Assembly: GCA_012798115.1 (NCBI GenBank)
Contig: JAAZNV010000006.1
Span: 91,971 to 155,970 of the forward strand
From: a candidate division WWE3 bacterium
Lineage (GTDB): Bacteria > Patescibacteriota > WWE3 > UBA101185 > UBA10185
Direction: 5' to 3'
DNA: 64,000 nt
Positions within the stretch are counted from its first letter, which is position 1, and every line of letters begins with the position of its first letter. Both the position numbers and the translations under genes were made by a program. The notes under the pieces are model-generated. The model was not told the origin of the DNA, searched no databases, and worked only from the letters and a program-made list of their open reading frames with translations. Below are positions 39,906 to 49,059 of this stretch, in pieces.

Positions 39906-41154
39906 AGTATTTAAATCTCAAGAGTTAAGAAGAAAGATATTTTTTACAATTGTTGTTATTGCTATATTTAGACTTTTAGCTCATATCCCAGTTCCTGGAG
40001 TTGACTCAAGTGCTATTAAGTCTTACTTGCAAAGTAGTACATTCTTTGGGTTTTTTGATTTGTTTAGTGGTGGTGGCTTCCAGAATTTTTCTATTGTTAC
40101 ACTTGGCTTAGGACCTTATATTAATGCTTCCATTATTATTCAGCTTTTGACTATGTTAATCCCATCACTTGAAGAAATGTCCAAGGAAGGTGAATATGGA
40201 CAAGAAAAGATAAACTCGTACACTAAGCTTTTAACTGTTCCTATGGCATTTATTCAATCGTATGGCATTTACTTTTTATTAAGCAAGCAAAGTGTGATTA
40301 GTTCTCTTGATCCTGTTGGTTTAATAATTCTATTGTTAACTTTCACTGCTGGTACTTTATTCTTAGTGTGGCTTGGAGATTTGGTAACTGAAAAGGGAGT
40401 AGGAAATGGGGTTTCTCTCTTAATTTTTGTTTCTATAATTAGTAGATTACCTGCTTCTTTGCTAGTTACCATAACGAGAATGTTAGATTCAGGTTGGCAA
40501 GAAGCCTTAGTTTTGTTGATTATCTCATTACTGATTATCATTGGAGTGGTTCTTGTTAATGAAGGAACGAGAAATATACCTCTTGAATATGGAAGAAGGG
40601 GAGAAAGATCTCAAAAAGTTACTAATTATCTTCCTATTAAAATAAATCAAGCTGGGGTTATTCCTATAATATTTGCTGTTTCTATTGTTTCAATACCAGG
40701 TCTTATAGGAGGTCCTTTCATGGCTTCTGATAATGTTAAATTAAAAGCAATAGGAACTTTTCTAACAACTAATTTTCATTCTGAAACTTTTTCTTATAAC
40801 TTAATATATTTTTTAATGGTAGTAGCTTTTACCTTCTTTTATACATTTGTTCAGTTTAAACCTGAGAAGATTGCAGATGATATTAAAAAGAGAGGTGGTT
40901 TTGTTCCTGGTGTAAGACCTGGAGGATCTACTGCAGAGTACTTAAAGAAAATCATTACTAGGGTTACTCTTTCTGGAGCAGTATTTTTAGGTGTTATTGC
41001 TATTCTTCCTTATTTCGTACAAAAAGTATTTGGGATTAGCTCTATGATGATAGGAGGATCTAGTATTCTAATTGTTGTTTCTGTTGTTCTTGAGACAGTA
41101 AGACAAGTGGAATCGTTGATGGTTACAAGAAATTATGAAAAGTTTTTAGGATAA
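39898..41154 (+). CDS. secY: Preprotein translocase subunit SecY
   Basis: HIPVPG, LGLGPYINASIIIQLL, GVGNGVSLLIF, AGVIPIIFA, PGVRPG. Confidence 0.98.
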   Translation: MFRVFKSQELRRKIFFTIVVIAIFRLLAHIPVPGVDSSAIKSYLQSSTFFGFFDLFSGGGFQNFSIVTLGLGPYINASIIIQLLTMLIPSLEEMSKEGEYGQEKINSYTKLLTVPMAFIQSYGIYFLLSKQSVISSLDPVGLIILLLTFTAGTLFLVWLGDLVTEKGVGNGVSLLIFVSIISRLPASLLVTITRMLDSGWQEALVLLIISLLIIIGVVLVNEGTRNIPLEYGRRGERSQKVTNYLPIKINQAGVIPIIFAVSIVSIPGLIGGPFMASDNVKLKAIGTFLTTNFHSETFSYNLIYFLMVVAFTFFYTFVQFKPEKIADDIKKRGGFVPGVRPGGSTAEYLKKIITRVTLSGAVFLGVIAILPYFVQKVFGISSMMIGGSSILIVVSVVLETVRQVESLMVTRNYEKFLG

Positions 41155-41170
41155 TTGGTAAAATATTAAT

Positions 41171-41437
41171 ATGTTTGAAAAGGTAAAAGAATTAAATAAA
41201 TTTAAACAAGCTCAAAGTAAAATAAAGAAGCAAATGGAAGGAATATTCTCAACAAGAGAAAAGGGAGATATGAGAGTAGTTGTAAGAGGAGATAAGAAGA
41301 TTCAAAAAATTGAAATAAACGGAGAAGATCAAAAAGAATTAAAAGACTTAATTAATGATACTTTTGGAGATGTAGATAAAAAGGTAGAAAAACAAATGAG
41401 AGGACAGTTAAAAGATTTAGGTCTCCCAGATTTTTAA
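41171..41437 (+). CDS. YbaB/EbfC-family nucleoid-associated protein (short form)
   Basis: N-terminal helix, V.V.GD..I..I.I beta core, LINDT helix, LGLP C-terminus. Confidence 0.7.
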   Translation: MFEKVKELNKFKQAQSKIKKQMEGIFSTREKGDMRVVVRGDKKIQKIEINGEDQKELKDLINDTFGDVDKKVEKQMRGQLKDLGLPDF

Positions 41438-41438
41438 T

Positions 41439-42059
41439 ATGAAAATATTGTTAATTGGTCCACCTGCAAGTGGGAAGGGTACAATAGGGGAAAGGATCAG
41501 TAAGGACTTACATATTCCTCTTATATCTGTAGGAAGTGTGTTAAGAGGCATTCCTGATAATCATTTTCAAAAAAAGAAAATAAGCGAAATTATGGAAAGA
41601 GGGGAGTTAGTTCCTCAGGATATTGTTGCTTCCCTTTTAAAAGAAGAAGTAGCAAAAGATACTGCAGAAAATGGGTTCATATTTGATGGTTGGGGTAGGA
41701 GGAAGGAAGATTTAGATTATTTTGATCCTAATTTTGATAAAGTTATTTATTTGAAAGTATCTCCAGAAACCTCCTTTCAGAGAATAAGTGCAAGAAGGAC
41801 GTGTGAAAACTGTGAGGCAGTTTATAATTTAACTTTTATTCCTCCAAAGATTTCTGGAGTATGTGACTTATGTGGGGGAAAATTAACAAAAAGAGAAGAT
41901 GAGTCAGAAGAAACTACAAGAAGAAGACTTGAAATATTTGAGGAAGAAACAAAGGAAACAATTGAATATTTTAAGAACCAAGGAAAGTTAGTAGAAGTAG
42001 ATGGAGAAGGAACTCCAGATGAAGAATACACCTTGGTTAAAAATGCTTTAGGTTACTAA
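41439..42059 (+). CDS. adk: Adenylate kinase (Zn-lid type)
   Basis: GPPASGKGT, GELVP, GFIFDG, lid CENC...CDLC, REDE. Confidence 0.93.
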   Translation: MKILLIGPPASGKGTIGERISKDLHIPLISVGSVLRGIPDNHFQKKKISEIMERGELVPQDIVASLLKEEVAKDTAENGFIFDGWGRRKEDLDYFDPNFDKVIYLKVSPETSFQRISARRTCENCEAVYNLTFIPPKISGVCDLCGGKLTKREDESEETTRRRLEIFEEETKETIEYFKNQGKLVEVDGEGTPDEEYTLVKNALGY

Positions 42060-42091
42060 AGCATTCTTTATATTAAGCAAGACACTTTAAA

Positions 42092-42100
42092 TGCTATAAT
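42092..42100 (+). promoter_or_regulatory. Extended -10 (TGCTATAAT) 7 nt upstream of the CAP-domain gene ATG
   Basis: Perfect TGn-TATAAT with no SD; probably heads the glycosylation operon. Confidence 0.6.
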
Positions 42101-42107
42101 TTTTCTA

Positions 42108-43097
42108 ATGCCGTTTAATCTATTTAAAGAAAAAGCGCAAGAAAATCCTGCAGTAATTAAACATTGGAGAAAGAATCCAAAATCAATCGAGAAATATCAA
42201 TTTGTATATAATTTTCTTCCAAATCCAGATAAGAAGAGAAGAGCAAGTTTAATTTCTAATAAAGCTGTTTTTATATACTGTTCGTTAATTGTAATTGTAA
42301 CATTGGCTTTTAGGATAATACCAAAGTTCGCTCCTGGGGTTTTAGGTTATGCGTCCAATATTAATGTTAAAGATTTGCTTGAATACACAAACGGAAAAAG
42401 AGAAGAAGTAGGTCTTTCTGATTTGAAACTAAATTCTAAATTAACTTTAGCTGCTCAAGAAAAAGCAGCTGACATGTTTAAAGATGGATATTGGGCTCAT
42501 GTTGCACCTGATGGAGCAGAACCTTGGGATTTTATATTAGCCCAAAATTATGACTATATTTATGCAGGAGAAAACTTAGCTAAAAACTTTTCAACATCAA
42601 AAGAAGTTGTTGAAGCTTGGTATAAATCCCCGTCTCATAAGAGTAATCTACTTGGTGCTAACTATGACGAAGTTGGATTTGCAGTAGTGAATGGAGTACT
42701 AAACGGGTATGAGACTACGTTAGTTGTCCAAATGTTTGGAAGACCTAGAGAGCCTTCTATGGTTGCTAGTGTTTATGAAGAAGAAAGTGTCCTTAAGGAA
42801 AGTGTAAACAATTCTACCTTGGAACCTGTAAAAGGAAGTCAAACTTCTGCTTTGGAATCTTCTTCCTTTTCTCCTTCTACAGTGGTTTCCACCCCAAAAG
42901 TTGATATGACCTTAGCAGCAAAAAGTATAAGTTTAGCGTTTGGAGGTTTTGTTGGGTCTTTACTTGCTATTGATATGTGGTATTCAAGGAAGAAAGGTAT
43001 AAATAAGTTTACCGGACAAACCTTTGCTCATATAATAATACTTATTGTAGTTATTATTAGCGTTTGGTTCGTCCTTCAACCAGGTATAGTCTTATGA
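42108..43097 (+). CDS. CAP/SCP-domain membrane protein
   Basis: TN..R...GL..L, AAQEKA.DM...YWAH, AGENLA, W..SPSH..NLL. N-terminal TM, Ser/Thr-rich linker, two C-terminal TMs. Confidence 0.88.
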   Translation: MPFNLFKEKAQENPAVIKHWRKNPKSIEKYQFVYNFLPNPDKKRRASLISNKAVFIYCSLIVIVTLAFRIIPKFAPGVLGYASNINVKDLLEYTNGKREEVGLSDLKLNSKLTLAAQEKAADMFKDGYWAHVAPDGAEPWDFILAQNYDYIYAGENLAKNFSTSKEVVEAWYKSPSHKSNLLGANYDEVGFAVVNGVLNGYETTLVVQMFGRPREPSMVASVYEEESVLKESVNNSTLEPVKGSQTSALESSSFSPSTVVSTPKVDMTLAAKSISLAFGGFVGSLLAIDMWYSRKKGINKFTGQTFAHIIILIVVIISVWFVLQPGIVL

Positions 43098-43354
43098 TGG
43101 AAGATATAAAAGAACATTTTGTTGAGTACGTAGCTTTGCTTATTGGGATGGCAGTTTTTGTTGTTCTTCTGGTAATCTATAGATTTGATAAAGATGCTCT
43201 TCTTATTATATCTGGCGTAGGTTCAGCTTTTTATGTAGCTTGGGGTATACTCCATTATGTTTTAAGAAAAAGACTCACTAGAACAATTGTTTATGAATAT
43301 GTTCTTTTTGGTATATTAGTTTTTCTTTTGTTGTTTACTGTCTTAAGCATTTAA
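43094..43354 (+). CDS. Small three-TM hypothetical membrane protein
   Basis: Hydrophobic ~86-aa protein with YVAWGILH; ATGA overlap with the upstream stop. Confidence 0.7.
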   Translation: MMEDIKEHFVEYVALLIGMAVFVVLLVIYRFDKDALLIISGVGSAFYVAWGILHYVLRKRLTRTIVYEYVLFGILVFLLLFTVLSI

Positions 43355-43356
43355 GT

Positions 43357-44484
43357 ATGAAAATAGTTGTTGTTATACCTACTTATAATGAGGCAAAAAA
43401 CATTGGGCGCCTAATAGATGCTTTAAGTGTTGAGTTTAAAAATATTCCTAATCATGAAATGCACATTCTTGTGGTTGAAGGCAACTCCCCGGATGGGACA
43501 GCTAGAGTGGTTAAAGAAAAAGAAGCAATATTTCCATTTGTTCATCTTTTAATGGAAGAAAAGAAAGCAGGTCTTGGAGCTGCTTATGTTTATGGATTTA
43601 AATATGCAATGAATGAGCTAAAAGCAGATGTTGTTGTTGAAATGGATGCTGATTTTCAACATGACCCAAAGGAACTACCAAGTCTGATTAAAGAAATTGA
43701 TAACGGTTATGATTACGTTATTGGTTCCAGATTTGTGAAAGGGGGGAGTATTCCTAAAGAATGGGAACTAAAAAGGAAGCTTTTTAGCAAACTTGGCAAC
43801 TTAACTTCAAAGATTGTCTTAGGAATAAAGGGAGTTAATGATTTTACTACTGGTTACAAAGTATCTAGGGTAGAAGGGTTTGTAGATACTATTGATTTGG
43901 ATAACATATTGTCTAAAGGTTTTGCATATAAAATGGATCTTCTTTATAAAATGCATAAAGCTGGCGCTAAGATAAAAGAAGTTCCCATTCAGTTTCAAAC
44001 AAGGGATGAAGGAAGTTCTAAAATGGAAAAAAACAACTTAAAGGACTCTTTAAGAGTTGTTATTAGTCTTAGACTAAAGGATAAGAATACTCAGAAATTC
44101 TTGAAGTTTTGTGCCGTTGGATTAGTGGGTTTGATTACAGATACTGGACTTGCAAATGTTTTTAGATTGACAATCTTGAGTTCAAAAAATGCCCCTCTTG
44201 CATCAGGTTTTATTGCAATGCTTGTTACCTTTTTGTTGAATAACTTTTGGTCGTTTAATGAAAATAAGATACCTGGTGTAATAAATAAGACAAAGTATTT
44301 TATTATTTATTGTGTTTCTTCCTATATTCCGATAATTCTTAGGTCTTTCTTAGTGGGTTTTTTTGTTTCTTCTTTTGGAAATACTTTTATTGTTTTTAAT
44401 ATTGCATTTTTCATTGGAATTGTACTTGGCTTAATCTGGAACTTTACAGTTTATAATAAGATAATATGGAAGGACAAGAAATGA
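43357..44484 (+). CDS. GT2 polyprenyl-phosphate sugar synthase (Dpm1/Ppm1-like) fused to a GtrA-like domain
   Basis: VVIPTYNE, SPDGT, GLGAAY..GF, EMDADFQH, GSRF. C-terminal FLKFCAVG...NNFWSF...WNF TM module. Confidence 0.88.
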   Translation: MKIVVVIPTYNEAKNIGRLIDALSVEFKNIPNHEMHILVVEGNSPDGTARVVKEKEAIFPFVHLLMEEKKAGLGAAYVYGFKYAMNELKADVVVEMDADFQHDPKELPSLIKEIDNGYDYVIGSRFVKGGSIPKEWELKRKLFSKLGNLTSKIVLGIKGVNDFTTGYKVSRVEGFVDTIDLDNILSKGFAYKMDLLYKMHKAGAKIKEVPIQFQTRDEGSSKMEKNNLKDSLRVVISLRLKDKNTQKFLKFCAVGLVGLITDTGLANVFRLTILSSKNAPLASGFIAMLVTFLLNNFWSFNENKIPGVINKTKYFIIYCVSSYIPIILRSFLVGFFVSSFGNTFIVFNIAFFIGIVLGLIWNFTVYNKIIWKDKK

Positions 44485-45254
44485 TTGAATACTCTATTGT
44501 TATACCTGCATATAATGAAGAAGATAAGGTTACAAGTTCGTTAACTCAAGTTGTCAACTTTATGAGAAGTTTTTGTAGCTCTTTTGAGGTTTTAGTGGTA
44601 AACGATGGAAGTAGGGATACAACAGCAGACAAAGTAGGGGAGTACGTGAGAGAAAATCCAGAGGTAAAACTTATTAATAACCCACATAGAGGAAAAGGTT
44701 ATGCTGTTTGGACTGGAATGCAAGAAGCTAAAGGAAAATTAGTATACATGGCAGATATGGATTTATCTGCTCCCATTGAGGAACTAAGGAAGCTGAGCAT
44801 TTGGATAAAGGATCAAGATTTTGATATTGTTATTGCCTCAAGAGAAGGCGTTGGAGCTAGAAGAATAGGTGAGCCGTTTTATAGGCATTTGATGGGAAGG
44901 GTGTTTAATGTTTTAGTTCAGTTAATAGCCCTTCCAGGGATAACTGACAGTCAGTGTGGTTTTAAGCTTTTTAAAGGAGACGTTGCTAAGGATATATTTG
45001 GAAGGTTGGATATTTATGGTAAAAAAGCTGTAGATATAGACAAAGCTTACCTTGGAGCATGGGATGTTGAAGTTTTGTATTTAGCCAGGAAATTAGGGTA
45101 TACTATCAAGCAGGTTCCGGTAACATGGACTTTTGTTAAAACTAAAAGGTTAAGTCCAGTCAAAGATTCTTTGAAAATGGCCTTAGATGTCTTAAAGATT
45201 AGAATTAATGATTTGAAGGGAAAATATAAATCTGCTCAAATGCCCCGCAAGTAA
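44481..45254 (+). CDS. GT2 polyprenyl-phosphate glycosyltransferase (Alg5-like)
   Basis: SIVIPAYNEE, NDGSRD, GKGYAV, MADMD, DSQCGFKLF, WDVEVL. Confidence 0.88.
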   Translation: MIEYSIVIPAYNEEDKVTSSLTQVVNFMRSFCSSFEVLVVNDGSRDTTADKVGEYVRENPEVKLINNPHRGKGYAVWTGMQEAKGKLVYMADMDLSAPIEELRKLSIWIKDQDFDIVIASREGVGARRIGEPFYRHLMGRVFNVLVQLIALPGITDSQCGFKLFKGDVAKDIFGRLDIYGKKAVDIDKAYLGAWDVEVLYLARKLGYTIKQVPVTWTFVKTKRLSPVKDSLKMALDVLKIRINDLKGKYKSAQMPRK

Positions 45255-45285
45255 CTAGTATATATTTGGGGTGAATTATTAACAT

Positions 45286-46656
45286 ATGAAAATTTGTGTA
45301 ATAGGTACAGGTTACGTTGGTTTAGTTGGTGCTGCTATATTTTCTGATTGGGGAAACACTATTGTAGGTGTTGATATAGATTCAGAAAAGATAGAAAGAA
45401 TAAAAAAAGGTGAAATGCCCATTTATGAGCCTGGTCTTTCTGAAATTGTTTTGAAAAATATTTCTGAAGGAAGATTGTCATTTACCACATCTTTATCAGA
45501 AGGAATGAGAGATGCAGAGATAGTTTTTGTATGTGTAGGAACTCCCCAAAGTGAAACTGGAGATGCAGATTTAACTGCAGTTTGGAAAGTAGCGGAAGAA
45601 ATAGGTAGAAATCTGGAAACGTATAAAGTAATTGTTTTAAAAAGTACTGTTCCTGTGGGAACAAATGAAAAAGTTAAAAAGTTAATTAAAGATAATTTAA
45701 GATTTAACACAGAGTTTGATGTAGTTTCCAACCCTGAATTTTTAAGAGAAGGTTATTCTGTTGAAGATATGAAAAACCCAGATAGAACTGTAATTGGTTC
45801 TGACTCTCCAAAAGCTCTTTCTATTATGAAAAGTTTATATGCACATCTTGGAAAGCCAATTGTTGAAGCTGACTTTAAATCTGCAGAGATGATTAAATAC
45901 GCCTCAAATGCATTTTTAGCTTCAAAAATATCTTTTATTAATGAAATGGCTCAAATTTGTGAAAGATCTGGAGCTGATGTTTCAGTAGTAGCAAAAGGAA
46001 TGGGTTTAGACAGTAGAGTAGGTCCAAAATTCTTAAATGCTGGTATAGGTTATGGTGGCAGCTGTTTTCCTAAGGATGTTGCAGCATTATATAAGACGTC
46101 TACTGATCAAGCTTATGATTTCAAGCTCTTGAGGGGAGTTATGGAAGTTAATGAACTTCAAAAGAATTATTTTGTATCAAAGATAGTTAGATATTTTGGA
46201 GGAAATCTTTCTGGAAAGACTTTTGGAGTCTTAGGTCTTGCTTTTAAGGAGAACACTGATGATATTAGGGAATCTGTAGCAATAGAAGTAGTTAGAATAT
46301 TAAGAGGCTTAGGGGCTTATCTTAAAGTATTTGACCCGCAAGCTATGTATAACTCCAAGAAGGTTTTAGGAGAAGTTGATATTAAATATTGTTTAGATAA
46401 ATATGAAGCAATAGAAGATACTGATGCTTTGATAATCCTTACTGAATGGAAAGAATTTGGAACTATTGACTTAGAAAGAGTGAAAAACAGTTTAAAAAGC
46501 CATGTTATCTTTGATGGAAGGAACATCCTTGATAGAAAAAAGGTCGAAGAAGCTAGATTTACTTACTTTGCAATTGGAAAAAGAACAAATGGAACTGAAT
46601 TGCTTAGTAAAAGACCAACAGGTACTCCTGGTGTAATATTAAAGAATGGAGACTAA
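45286..46656 (+). CDS. ugd: UDP-glucose 6-dehydrogenase
   Basis: GTGYVG, PIYEPGL, SNPEFLREG, KYASNAFLA.KISF.NE, GYGGSCFPKD, GLAFK.NTDD.RES. Confidence 0.93.
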   Translation: MKICVIGTGYVGLVGAAIFSDWGNTIVGVDIDSEKIERIKKGEMPIYEPGLSEIVLKNISEGRLSFTTSLSEGMRDAEIVFVCVGTPQSETGDADLTAVWKVAEEIGRNLETYKVIVLKSTVPVGTNEKVKKLIKDNLRFNTEFDVVSNPEFLREGYSVEDMKNPDRTVIGSDSPKALSIMKSLYAHLGKPIVEADFKSAEMIKYASNAFLASKISFINEMAQICERSGADVSVVAKGMGLDSRVGPKFLNAGIGYGGSCFPKDVAALYKTSTDQAYDFKLLRGVMEVNELQKNYFVSKIVRYFGGNLSGKTFGVLGLAFKENTDDIRESVAIEVVRILRGLGAYLKVFDPQAMYNSKKVLGEVDIKYCLDKYEAIEDTDALIILTEWKEFGTIDLERVKNSLKSHVIFDGRNILDRKKVEEARFTYFAIGKRTNGTELLSKRPTGTPGVILKNGD

Positions 46657-47854
46657 GAAAAAAATTCTTGTTTTTATCCCGCAATTCCCGGTTTTAACTG
46701 AAACCTTTATTGAAAGAGAATTATCTAAGTTAGTAGAAAGAAACAACATTGATTTAGCTATCGTAGCTTTATCTAAAGGAGAAGGGAATGTATCAGATAA
46801 CTTAAGGAACAAAATAAATTACAAGAGATTAAGTCTTTATGATGCTCCTTATATTCTCTTGTTTTTTCTTACACATTTTTCTAAGATTCTATCTTTAGTT
46901 AGTAGCATCGAAGGAAAGTGCTGTAAGAAGTTGTTCTTAGTACTGAAAGCTATTGGTTACTCAAGGTATTTTTCAACTTTTAAGCCTGATTTGATTTTTT
47001 CTCATTTTATGTCTGAACCATCTACAATTGCAATGATCTCATCAAAACTTATTGGAGTACCATTTGCAATATCTGCTCATGCCAGAGATATTATAATCAG
47101 TGCTGATAATATAGCTAAGAAAGTGGAATGGGCTGAGTTTATCACTATTTGTAACAAGAATGCATATAACTCATTTTTGGAGCTAGTTAGTGAAGAGTAT
47201 ACTTCTAACGTTTTTGTTTCTTACCATGGTGTTGATGTTAATAAACTTGTTAAAGATGTTAATCAAAGTGATGAAAAACTAAGTAAGTTGGATAGACCAC
47301 TAGTGCTTGGAGTGGGTAGGTTAACAGAAAAGAAGGGTTTTAAATATTTAATAGAAGCTTCAAAGATTCTTAAGGATAAAGGAGTATATTTTTATACATT
47401 CATTATTGGTTCTGGACCTCTTTACTTTGAATTAGAAGAGCAGATTAAGAAGTTAGATCTAATTGATTATGTAAGCATCTTGGGTGGAAATAAAGGTTTG
47501 CCAAACATAAAAGTTTTGAAGTACTTAAGCATTGCCGATGTGTTTGTATTGCCAAGTATTCAAACAAGAGAAGGTGATGTTGATGGTGTTGCTAATGTGT
47601 TGCTTGAAGCTGGAGCATTTAAGTTACCAATTGTGGCAACAAATGCTGGTAGTACATTAGAAGTAATTAAAGATAATGAGACTGGGTTAGTTGTTCCTCA
47701 AGAGAACGCCAACACTCTAGCTGACTCAATTGATAAAATACTTAAAGATGAAAATTTAAGTACAAGACTTGGACAAGGTGCTTACATTAAAATAATAGAA
47801 GATTTTGATTTAAACAAGAACGTAGAAAAGTTAGAGTTACTTTTAATGCAATGA
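46646..47854 (+). CDS. GT4 glycosyltransferase (WcaL-like)
   Basis: FP.LTETFI.RE, SAHARDI, VGRL.EKKG, DGVANVLLEA. Confidence 0.85.
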   Translation: METKKKILVFIPQFPVLTETFIERELSKLVERNNIDLAIVALSKGEGNVSDNLRNKINYKRLSLYDAPYILLFFLTHFSKILSLVSSIEGKCCKKLFLVLKAIGYSRYFSTFKPDLIFSHFMSEPSTIAMISSKLIGVPFAISAHARDIIISADNIAKKVEWAEFITICNKNAYNSFLELVSEEYTSNVFVSYHGVDVNKLVKDVNQSDEKLSKLDRPLVLGVGRLTEKKGFKYLIEASKILKDKGVYFYTFIIGSGPLYFELEEQIKKLDLIDYVSILGGNKGLPNIKVLKYLSIADVFVLPSIQTREGDVDGVANVLLEAGAFKLPIVATNAGSTLEVIKDNETGLVVPQENANTLADSIDKILKDENLSTRLGQGAYIKIIEDFDLNKNVEKLELLLMQ

Positions 47855-49059
47855 AAATAGCTGTATTTATAAAATCAACAACATTTCATAAAGGGTATGG
47901 TGGCTTAGAAGTCCAAAACAAGACCATATGCGAAGAGTTGGTCAAAAGAGGGCATACAGTTATTGTTTTTTCTCCAAGAAAAGAATTGGAATGCTCTGAA
48001 AGAGAAGAAAATGGTGTTAAGTATATTTTTATTAATGCTAGCTATCGTGGGTATTTATTCTCGTCCTTAAAAGTAGACAGCTGGTACAAAAGGTCCTTAG
48101 AAGTTTTTACAGATTACCATAATAAAGAAAGTTTTGATTTAGTCTTAAGTCAAAGTTCTTCTGCAGAAAGCGTCATTGAAAACAAAAACTTTCTTGGTGT
48201 TAAGGTTGTTTCAATTTCTCATGGAACAGCAGCTTCTGAATATCTCACTTTTATTAAAAATATATCAAGATTAAAGGATATTTTGTGGTTGTTTAGGAAT
48301 ACTCAATATTTTCTTAGGCAATATTTTGGAAGACAAAGAAGGTTTATTAATCATTCAAATAGGATTATTGCTGTTTCTAATTATGTAAAGAAAGCTTTAG
48401 TGGAAGAAACGTTTGTGCCAGAAGACAAGATTAGTGTTATTCATAATGGTATAGACTCTGCTGATTATTCTAATGCTATGCTATTGAACCAAGGAACAAA
48501 GAATACATTAGGTGATGTTAAAAGCAAGGTTCAAATATATTTTCTAGGTAGGATAGAAAGATCCAAAGGTATATTTACTATTCTGGATATTGTTAAAGAT
48601 TTAGAATCAGGGTTCGTGTTGCATATTGTTGGTGATGGTCCTAATCTTGAGGAAGCTAGAGATAAAGCAAGGGTTTTAGGATTGTCTGATGATGTAATTT
48701 TTCATGGTAAATGCATTCATAAAGATTTTATTAAACTCTATAAACCTGATATTTTTGTTTTTCCAACAAAAAGAATAGAAGGATTTCCTATGGTTTTGGT
48801 TGAATCAATGTTTGCAGGTCTCCCTGTTGTTGCCTTTAATATGGGAGGGGTTTCTGATGCTGTTGAAGATGGAAAGACCGGTTATCTAGTAAAAGAAGGA
48901 GACACAAAGGAATTTAAAAAAAGACTAATTGAGTTAATGAGTGATCCTTCTTTAAGATTTATTCTTGGAAAGAATGCTAAAGAGAAGGCAGAAAATGAAT
49001 TTAGACTTGATAAAATGATAGATGCTTATGAAGGGCTTTTTAAGGAGACTTTAAAATGA
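47851..49059 (+). CDS. GT4 glycosyltransferase
   Basis: GGLE, IHNGID, GRIERSKG, EGFPMVLVESM (EX7E motif). Confidence 0.88.
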   Translation: MKIAVFIKSTTFHKGYGGLEVQNKTICEELVKRGHTVIVFSPRKELECSEREENGVKYIFINASYRGYLFSSLKVDSWYKRSLEVFTDYHNKESFDLVLSQSSSAESVIENKNFLGVKVVSISHGTAASEYLTFIKNISRLKDILWLFRNTQYFLRQYFGRQRRFINHSNRIIAVSNYVKKALVEETFVPEDKISVIHNGIDSADYSNAMLLNQGTKNTLGDVKSKVQIYFLGRIERSKGIFTILDIVKDLESGFVLHIVGDGPNLEEARDKARVLGLSDDVIFHGKCIHKDFIKLYKPDIFVFPTKRIEGFPMVLVESMFAGLPVVAFNMGGVSDAVEDGKTGYLVKEGDTKEFKKRLIELMSDPSLRFILGKNAKEKAENEFRLDKMIDAYEGLFKETLK

